A stretch of 64,000 nt of DNA, taken from assembly GCA_965240325.2 (NCBI GenBank), contig OZ251227.1, positions 3,038,001 through 3,102,000 on the forward strand, written 5' to 3'. Numbering within the stretch: the first letter of the stretch is position 1; every line of letters begins with the position of its first letter. This DNA comes from Rebecca billardiae RCC1528. Lineage: Eukaryota; Protista; Haptophyta. The notes under the pieces were generated by a model, which was not told the DNA's origin, ran no database searches, and saw only the letters and a list, made by a program, of their open reading frames with translations. Below are positions 57,206 through 64,000 of the stretch, piece by piece. A program made the position numbers and the translations under genes.

Positions 57206-58846
57206 TCACAGGAGCTCGACTGGAGTCATCAGTGTCGTACTCGTCGTCGTCAGCATTGGGACCACAACGACGACATCCGGGTCTGAGCCATCAGCAACAC
57301 TGTCCGCCTCACGCTCGCGATGGCGCGGCGTGCGATGCGCTGCTGCCGATGGCGAGACCGCGACGGCGATGCCGATGCTGATGATGCAGATAGCAACGAC
57401 TGGGAAGGCGAGTGCAGCGTGCTGCACTCGCGGCGATTGCTGATGGGGTGGATCGGCGTGTGCGCTCGGCACCCCCTCAGTCAGCAGGCCGCCTCCCAAA
57501 TGGCCGTCGTCATCCAGGGGAGGCGGCGGCGGGGGCGCATGGGCCGTGGAGCCGCTGAGCGTGCCCTTGGCCTCCCGCGGCGGCGGCAACGGGGATGAGG
57601 GCGAGTGCTCCCTGCCGGCGGCGCCGCCGCCTCCCAGAAAGCCGTCATCCAGGGGAGGCGGCGGCGGCGGCGCATGGGCCGTGGAGCCGCTGAGCGCGCC
57701 CTTGTTCTCCCGCGGCGGCGGCAACGGGGATGACTGCGAGTGCTCCCTGCCGGCGGCGCCGCCGCCTCCCAGAAAGCCGTCATCCAGGGGAGGCGGCGGC
57801 GGGGGCGCATGGGACGTGGAGCCGCTGAGCGCGCCCTTGTTCTCCCGCGGCGGCGGCAACGGGGATGACTGCGAGTGCTTCCTGCCGGCGGCGCCGCCGC
57901 CTCCCAGAAAGCCGTCATCCAGAGGAGGCGGCGGCGGGGGCGCATGGGACGTGGAGCCGCTGAGCGCGCCCTTGTTCTCCCGCGGCGGCGGCAACGGGGA
58001 TGACTGCGAGTGCTCCCTGCCGGCGGCGCCGCCGCCTCCCAGAAAGCCGTCATCCAGGGGAGGCGGCGGCGGGGGCGCATGGGTCGTGGAGCCGCTGAGC
58101 GTGCCCTTGGCCTCCCGCGGCGGCGGCAACGGGGATGACTGCGAGTGCTCCCTGCCGGCGGCGCCGCCGCCTCCCAGAAAGCCGTCATCCAGGGGAGGCG
58201 GCGGCGGCGGCGCATGGGCCGTGGAGCCGCTGAGCGCGCCCTTGGCCTCCCGCGGCGGCGGCAACGGGGATGACTGCGAGTGCTCCCTGCCGGCGGCGCC
58301 GCCGCCTCCCAGAAAGCCGTCATCCAGGGGAGGCGGCGGCGGGGGCGCATGGGACGTGGAGCCGCTGAGCGCGCCCTTGTCCTCCCGCGGCGGCGGCAAC
58401 GGGGGTGGAGGTGAAAGCGGGCTGCCGGTAGTGCCGCCGTTAAGGGGGAGCGGCGACGGGGGTGGTGACGACGCGGCACGGCCGAGGGTGCCGTCGCCCG
58501 CAGGCGGCGGCGGCAGGGGTGGCGGCGGCGAGGCCTTGCCATCTGTGCCGCTGTTCAGAGGCAAGGGCGGCGGAGGTGGTGCCGGCGAAGTGCTCCCGAC
58601 AATAGTGCCGCGATTCAGGGGCGGCGGGGGCGGGGGCGGTGCTGGCGCGTCGCTGCCGCGATTGCCACAATTGAGCGGCGGTGGCGGGAAGTGCTGTCTC
58701 CCGTCATTGTTCTCGTGGAGGATGATGTGGCAATCCAGGGGCGGCGGCGGGGGTGGCGCCAGAGTCAAGCTCACGGTTGCTGGCGACGCCATGACCGTCG
58801 CGACTAGCGGCACCGCGAGCACGAGCACGAGCTTTGACGCGAACAT
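57206..58846 (-). CDS. Secreted/membrane-anchored Pro-rich protein with ~6.6 tandem 45-aa (135-bp) repeats
   Basis: Signal peptide MFASKLVLVLAVPLVATVMA. Repeat unit PPPPPPLDDGFLGGGGAAGREHSQSSPLPPPRE(A/N)KGALSGST(A/S)HA at ~57505-58400. Hydrophobic segment AALAFPVVAICIISIGIAVAV. Confidence 0.75.
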   Translation of the reverse strand: MFASKLVLVLAVPLVATVMASPATVSLTLAPPPPPPLDCHIILHENNDGRQHFPPPPLNCGNRGSDAPAPPPPPPPLNRGTIVGSTSPAPPPPPLPLNSGTDGKASPPPPLPPPPAGDGTLGRAASSPPPSPLPLNGGTTGSPLSPPPPLPPPREDKGALSGSTSHAPPPPPPLDDGFLGGGGAAGREHSQSSPLPPPREAKGALSGSTAHAPPPPPPLDDGFLGGGGAAGREHSQSSPLPPPREAKGTLSGSTTHAPPPPPPLDDGFLGGGGAAGREHSQSSPLPPPRENKGALSGSTSHAPPPPPPLDDGFLGGGGAAGRKHSQSSPLPPPRENKGALSGSTSHAPPPPPPLDDGFLGGGGAAGREHSQSSPLPPPRENKGALSGSTAHAPPPPPPLDDGFLGGGGAAGREHSPSSPLPPPREAKGTLSGSTAHAPPPPPPLDDDGHLGGGLLTEGVPSAHADPPHQQSPRVQHAALAFPVVAICIISIGIAVAVSPSAAAHRTPRHREREADSVADGSDPDVVVVVPMLTTTSTTLMTPVELL

Positions 58847-59049
58847 CGCGGCCGCGTCGACGCGTCGTCCGCTTCGTCGACGAGGAATCAGCGTGCGGCC
58901 GCGCGTCCAAGTTTGGCGCGCACCGCGCAAGCGGTCGGTCATCGTTCGTCATCGTCAAACGGTCCGGTCCGGTGTTTTCCAGTTTGCTCCCCGCCGCCCC
59001 GCCCTGGCCAGCAACGGGGGCTTTGGTCGCTTTGGAGTTTGGTAAAGTA

Positions 59050-59124
59050 ATCTCGCCTGCAGACCTGAGCTGTGTCACTGTCAGTGTCACACTGTGTGCG
59101 TCTCTTATTCTTAGTAAACTGTAG
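59050..59124 (+). repeat. Dispersed ~50-nt motif ATCTCGCCTGCCTGAGCTGTGT-GCGTCTCTTATTCTTAGTAAACTGTAG; other copies at 9595-9656 (+), 27191-27246 (-), 43191-43330 (+, split) and 52236-52262 (+, 3' half)
   Basis: Copies compared by eye. Confidence 0.85.
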
Positions 59125-59238
59125 TAGTAGAGTTGGTGAACTCGCGTCTGCCATTTGTGCTAAGACTGTAGCAGGTAGCAGGGACAGCAGGGTGTGGAAC
59201 GTCGTCGTCCTGCGCTACCGGTTCGTCACCTGGCAGCG

Positions 59239-60258
59239 TCAGTCGACGACGTCGGCAGTCCGGCCCGTCAGGCTGGTCAGCCCGTACGCCACGAGGTTGA
59301 TCTCGTCGGCGAGGCGCGAGGGCAGCAGCCAGAACGCCCACACGATGATGGGGGCGGGGATGCCCATGGCGTTCGCCACCGCGTACCGAGCCCGCGGCCG
59401 CGTGCTCGTGAGCGCGTGGACGATCGCCGCGGTCGTGACCGACGGCGACGACGCCATCGCCACGCCCTTGTCGACGAGCGCGCGCACCTTCTCGCACTCG
59501 TAGTACCAGCCGTAGTCCTCGGCGCCCGCGGGCCGGGTGGTGAAGTAGCGGCCCTCGGACTTGGCCGTCTCGAGGATCTCGCTCTGCACGGCGCCCGGCT
59601 GCAGCAGCGAGACCGACACGCCGAACGGCACCATCTCGATGCGGAGCGCGTCGGAGAACATCTCGAGCGCCGCCTTGGTGCCCGCGTACGCGCTGAACCC
59701 GACCATCGGCGGGATGGCGCCGGCGATGGAGCCGACGTTGACCACGCGGCCGCGCGCGGCGCGCAGGCGCGGGAGCAGAGCCTGCGTGAGCCGCACCACG
59801 CCGAAGTAGTTCACCTCGAACAGCCTGCGCAGGTCGTCCATCGAGGTGAGCTCGGCGGGCGTGTACGCGGACAGGCCCGCGTTGTTCACCAGCGCGGCGA
59901 GTGGCAGTCCAGATGCCTCCATCGCGGCGACGGCGGCGCGGACGTCGGCCTCGACGGTCACGTCGAGGATGAGCGTGCGCGCCCGCCCGCCAGACGCAGC
60001 CGCCAGCCGCTCCGCGTCCTCCTGCCGCCGCACGGCGCAGTACGGCACCAGATCGTCCCGCTTGGCGATGGACAGGCAGGCGTGCCTGCCGATGCCCGTG
60101 GACGAGCCCGTGATGAGCACGGCGCCGCCGGCCGGGGGGCGAGGGTATTCGCGGCAGAGGAAGAAATCGATGGCCGCCCGCCAGCAAAGCGCGATTGCCA
60201 ACGCGAGGCACGCTCCTTTGAGCCCGCGCGGGAAGCGACGCGCGCCGGGGGCCGCCAT
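59239..60258 (-). CDS. Short-chain dehydrogenase/reductase (retinol/17beta-HSD-like), N-terminal membrane anchor
   Basis: Motifs AVLITGSSTGIG, LDVT, LVNNAG, EVNYFG, GRVVNVGS, YAGTK and PGAV. Confidence 0.92.
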   Translation of the reverse strand: MAAPGARRFPRGLKGACLALAIALCWRAAIDFFLCREYPRPPAGGAVLITGSSTGIGRHACLSIAKRDDLVPYCAVRRQEDAERLAAASGGRARTLILDVTVEADVRAAVAAMEASGLPLAALVNNAGLSAYTPAELTSMDDLRRLFEVNYFGVVRLTQALLPRLRAARGRVVNVGSIAGAIPPMVGFSAYAGTKAALEMFSDALRIEMVPFGVSVSLLQPGAVQSEILETAKSEGRYFTTRPAGAEDYGWYYECEKVRALVDKGVAMASSPSVTTAAIVHALTSTRPRARYAVANAMGIPAPIIVWAFWLLPSRLADEINLVAYGLTSLTGRTADVVD

Positions 60259-60415
60259 CGCGCCGATGATTGCCAATAAAGATGAATAAGACACCGCGAA
60301 AAAACGCCGCGGCGTTGGCACAAACAGTGCTTCGTCACACGGAGTGCTGGTGAGCAGCAGGGTGGCGCTGCGAGCAGTTGGTCGCCCCCTTCTGGCCCGC
60401 CTGCCTTGATCGGCG

Positions 60416-61993
60416 ATGCGCCGGTCTGTACCGGACAAGAGCGCGCGGCAGTGCTCGCGCGCACGCCGCGCGCTCGCGCTGCTGCTCGTCAGCTCCGCTG
60501 GCCGCCTGCACGACGTGGGTGCCGATGGCAGCGACGCCACGGCGTGTACGCCCGGACAGCCGCGCAGGCTGGTGTCGGAGCCATTCAACGAGGCACAGTG
60601 GAAGGCGATCGCCGCGGGTATCGATCGCGCTGAGCTGCGTGGCGCGTGGGACGACCCGCACATCGCGCGCGCCGAGCTGCGCTGGCGCGTGACGGGCGCG
60701 TCGGGAGACACGCCGCCGCTCGGCCTCACGCTCGACAATCGGCACACCGACGACCCGTGGACGCAGAGGCCGGTCTTCGCGCACGCGCACATCCGGCGGC
60801 AGGAGGCGCCGGCCCCTGCGATCCTGACGGCCGCGTCCCACGGCGGCTACCTCCTCGAGTGGTGGCCGTTCGTCGTGAACAAGCTGCACTTTGCGCGCGC
60901 GGCCGACGCCTCGTTCTTCCTGTGGACGGGGCCGATGCCCGGGCCGCTGCGCGCGCCGCCCGCGGAGTGCGTGTGCGGCCTGTCGAACGCGTCGGCGGAG
61001 TACCGCGAGCTCGTCCCGTCCAACCACCACATCAAGATCACCGCGCTGCTGCTCGCGCTCGACGAGCCGAGCGCGTCCGCGGCGATCTGGGTCGACATGG
61101 ACGCCGCATTCCCGCGCCCGCTCGCCGCGCCCGACCTTCTCAAGCTGATGCCCGACCCGGCGCCGTCCGTGGCGTTCGCGCAGCCCGCGGCGGCGATGCG
61201 CGACGGCAAGTTCGCGCACGCGTGGCCGTGGTTCGTCTGCAGCTGCCAGCTCGCCGTGCGCGACGACGCGCACGCGCGCCGCTTCCTGCTGCTGTGGCTC
61301 GCCAAGCGGTGCGGCCACAAGGACCAGACATCGGCGTGGGACTCGATCGTGCAGCTCCTCGCCGAGGCGCGGTGCTACCGAGGCCCGCTCGTGGAGCAGG
61401 GCACGCTCCCCTCCTTCTACGCGCGCGGCACGTACAAGCTCGTGCGCGGCGCGCCGCCGGACCTCGCGCAGGAGGTGAAGGCGTCGCCCACGTGTCTCAC
61501 ACACGCGCCCGTGCAGCTGCTCAGCCGAAGCCCGCAGGGCCTGGCGCGGCGCAAGCCGACGCGGCTGCGGCTCTCGTGCGACCTGCCCACGAACCCGCGG
61601 TACACGGGCGTGATGCGGGACCTGATCAGCGGGCGCCGCGAGGGGCCGCTGCCGCCGCTGCCGCACGACCACTTCGCCATCGTGCACGTCGGCCTCGCCG
61701 GCAAGCTCCGCATGGACCGCGCCGCGGTCGGCAGCCGCCGCTGGTACGATGAGCAGCTCGTGCTGCTGCGGTACATCACGATGGTCGCGTCGGTGACGAA
61801 GCACTTCGTGCCGAGCACCGCGCCCGCGCGCCGTCGAGGCCGCGCGGTCACCGCGTCAGAGGGCGGCTGGGCAGCACCTCCGGCGGGCGCGCCGGGCGCG
61901 CCGCCATCGCGACGGACCGCGGCGCCTGTGAACAACTCGCACATGGTGCTCGACAAGCTGAGCGCGAGTCTGGTCACGGCCGGCTTGGCATGA
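60416..61993 (+). CDS. Putative glycosyltransferase (GT34/MNN10-like GT-A fold)
   Basis: N-terminal hydrophobic anchor. Motifs NKLHFARA, NHHIKITALL, AIWVDMDA (DxD) and KDQTSAW. Confidence 0.55.
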   Translation: MRRSVPDKSARQCSRARRALALLLVSSAGRLHDVGADGSDATACTPGQPRRLVSEPFNEAQWKAIAAGIDRAELRGAWDDPHIARAELRWRVTGASGDTPPLGLTLDNRHTDDPWTQRPVFAHAHIRRQEAPAPAILTAASHGGYLLEWWPFVVNKLHFARAADASFFLWTGPMPGPLRAPPAECVCGLSNASAEYRELVPSNHHIKITALLLALDEPSASAAIWVDMDAAFPRPLAAPDLLKLMPDPAPSVAFAQPAAAMRDGKFAHAWPWFVCSCQLAVRDDAHARRFLLLWLAKRCGHKDQTSAWDSIVQLLAEARCYRGPLVEQGTLPSFYARGTYKLVRGAPPDLAQEVKASPTCLTHAPVQLLSRSPQGLARRKPTRLRLSCDLPTNPRYTGVMRDLISGRREGPLPPLPHDHFAIVHVGLAGKLRMDRAAVGSRRWYDEQLVLLRYITMVASVTKHFVPSTAPARRRGRAVTASEGGWAAPPAGAPGAPPSRRTAAPVNNSHMVLDKLSASLVTAGLA

Positions 61994-62248
61994 CACGCAT
62001 ACGTGTGTGAACTGCAGTGTCTGAGATCGACGATCGTCATCGTCGCCTAGCTACATTCGGGTTCCAGTGCGTTGTTGCTTGGGGCCGCCGCTGCGGTCGC
62101 ACGGTCGCTCACGCGCTCAGCAGCCCATGAAGACTTGAGGCGAAGAACTGGGCCCACACGGCAGGCCTCAGCTGGCTCCGGTAGTCGTATCTTCGCTGTG
62201 CTTTCGACAGCCCCGCGCGGGCGCGGATTGACCATCGTTCGGGCAATC

Positions 62249-64000
62249 ATGTCCGCCGCGCGCTCGGGGCGCCGGCTCGTTGTTGCTGCGTGCGTGCTGC
62301 TGCTGCCGCACTGCCAGGCGGGGCTGCGCCTCGGCCCAGTGCTGCCACCGCGCGCGCCCGCGCCAGCTCGCGCCGTGGACGAACGCCTCGCCGTCCTCTT
62401 CGTCCCCGGCATCGACGGCACCGGCCGCTGCGGCCAGCGGCAGTGGCGCCGGCTGCAGCACTGGACGCGGTCGATCGACGCTCTGACGATCGACCCGGAT
62501 GACCGCTCGTCCTTCGAGGAGATCGTTGCGTTCGTCCTCGAGGGCCTGCGCGAGCGCCGCGCTGCCGGGTGCCGCACCCTCCTCGTCGGCGAGAGCCTCG
62601 GCGGCGTGATCGCCCTGGGCGCCGCGATCGCCGAGCCGCGGCTCATCGACTCGCTCGCGCTCTTCAACCCGGCGACGTCGATCACGCGCTCGTGGATCCG
62701 GCCGGTGAGCCAGCTCGTGGCGAGCTACCTGCCCGACTCGCTGTACACCTCGCTGCCCGGCGTGATCACGCCCCTGTTTGGCGGGATCTCGTGGCCAGAG
62801 GCGCTCGTCGGCCGCGAGGTGGGGCTGCCCGCGCCCGCGGAGCTGCTCGAGGTCGGGCGCGCGCTCTCGGCGGTGCTCCCCGCGCAGACGCTGGCGCATC
62901 GGCTCGGCGTGCTCGAGGACGGCAGCGCGCGCGTCAACGCGCGCCTCGACGCGGCGGGCGCGGCCGGCGGCGCCTCATGGCCGTGGGCGGCGCGGTGCGC
63001 GCTCGTCGCCACCAGCGCCGATCTCGTCCTGCCCTCGGCGGAGGAGACGGCGCGGCTGCAGCGCTGCCTCCCCGGCGCGTACCGCGAGGTGGTGGATGGC
63101 CCGGGGCACGTGTGCCTCGACGACGAGCGCGTCAACCTCGTGCAGCTCCTGCTCAGCGCCGGCTGCTTTGACGTGCCGAGGGCGGCGGCTGCGCCGCCCG
63201 CGCCGACAGCGCCGCAGCCACCCGAGCGGCCGCAGCCGCCGCCCGTGCAGCCGCCACCAGCGAAGCAGGAGGCGCAGGCGGCTGCGCCGCCCGCGCCGAC
63301 AGCGCCGCAGCCACCCGAGCGGCCGCAGCCGCCGCCCGTGCCGCAGCCGCCACCAGCGAAGCAGGAGGCGCAGGCGGGCGTGCCGCCCGCGCCGACAGTG
63401 CCGCGGCCACCTGAGCGGCCGCAGCCGCCGCCCGTGCAGCAGCCGCCGCCGCAGCAGCAAGCGCAGGCGGGCGTGCAAAGCGCGACGCGCGCCGCGCGCG
63501 CGGCGCAGCGCGTCGCCAAGCCGGCGGGTCGGCTGGTGCCGCCGTCCCCGCTCGCGGACGAGCGGATCTCGCAGCTCGAGGGCGTGGCCAAGCTGGTGAG
63601 TCCGGTGTTCTTCAGCACGCGGCCGGACGGCTCGATCGAGCGCGGCGTGCACGCGGTGCCGCTGCCGTCCGAGCTCGGCGGCCGGCCGGTCCTGTTCGTC
63701 GGGAACCACCAGCTGATGGGACTGGACGGACCGCTGCTGGTGCGCGAGCTGCTGCTTGAGCGCGGCACGCTCGTGCGCTCGCTCGTCTTCCCCGCGCTGA
63801 TGGACGGCAGCTCGCCGCTCGAGCCGCTCGAGTACCCGCCGCGCGGCACGGCGGACGTCTTCAAGGCGTACGGCGCGCGGCCCGCGAGCGCGCGCGCGCT
63901 GCTGTCGCTACTCGGCGCGGGCGAGGCTGTGCTCCTGTTCCCCGGCGGCGGGCGCGAGGTGTTCAAGCGCAAGGGCGAGCGGTACCGGCTCTTCTGGCCG
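62249..64000 (+). CDS. Esterase/lipase/thioesterase + acyltransferase (phytyl ester synthase/ELT-like), 3' end runs past the window edge
   Basis: Hydrolase motifs LFVPGIDGTG, DDRSSFEE, LVGESLGG, NPATS, DLVLPS..E..RL, GH. Acyltransferase motifs SPVFFST, PVLFVGNHQL, VLLFPGGGREVFKRKGERYRLFWP. Pro-rich repeats at ~63185-63470. It is absent from the ORF track because it has no stop in the window. Confidence 0.88.
   Translation, partial: MSAARSGRRLVVAACVLLLPHCQAGLRLGPVLPPRAPAPARAVDERLAVLFVPGIDGTGRCGQRQWRRLQHWTRSIDALTIDPDDRSSFEEIVAFVLEGLRERRAAGCRTLLVGESLGGVIALGAAIAEPRLIDSLALFNPATSITRSWIRPVSQLVASYLPDSLYTSLPGVITPLFGGISWPEALVGREVGLPAPAELLEVGRALSAVLPAQTLAHRLGVLEDGSARVNARLDAAGAAGGASWPWAARCALVATSADLVLPSAEETARLQRCLPGAYREVVDGPGHVCLDDERVNLVQLLLSAGCFDVPRAAAAPPAPTAPQPPERPQPPPVQPPPAKQEAQAAAPPAPTAPQPPERPQPPPVPQPPPAKQEAQAGVPPAPTVPRPPERPQPPPVQQPPPQQQAQAGVQSATRAARAAQRVAKPAGRLVPPSPLADERISQLEGVAKLVSPVFFSTRPDGSIERGVHAVPLPSELGGRPVLFVGNHQLMGLDGPLLVRELLLERGTLVRSLVFPALMDGSSPLEPLEYPPRGTADVFKAYGARPASARALLSLLGAGEAVLLFPGGGREVFKRKGERYRLFWP

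Overview
This is very GC-rich eukaryotic nuclear DNA with spliceosomal GT-AG introns, (TA)n/(TATG)n microsatellites and genes carrying plastid-type presequences. An algal source such as a haptophyte is my inference only. I can support about 18 protein-coding genes. Housekeeping or metabolic genes: EME1-like, PPi-PFK, an Irc3/RadD-type helicase, CDC40/PRP17, vWA-Vwaint, a sulfotransferase, BTB-TLDc-BTB, a PGM-like protein, a SET methyltransferase, an SDR, a GT34-like protein and a PES/ELT acyltransferase. There are also two Pro-rich surface proteins. The most interesting part is an immune-like cluster at about 28.7-43 kb. It contains a macrodomain + triple-TIR protein placed head-to-head (146 bp apart) with a SAM + RI-type LRR protein. 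It also contains an intact 15-exon LRR receptor-like protein in which each LRR is its own 72-nt phase-2 exon, variable on the binding face and separated by mutually homologous introns (a shuffle- or skip-ready cassette). Intergenic DNA is dense with non-autonomous TIR elements: a MULE-like element with a 10-bp TSD, a nested pair and several MITEs. It also holds a two-copy retroelement-like unit, a ~50-nt dispersed motif seen five times, a spacer-less palindrome and a decayed bacterial-type GmrSD (DUF1524 HNH) fragment. I saw no rRNA, tRNA or CRISPR array. All domain calls come from motif recognition by eye, not database searches.
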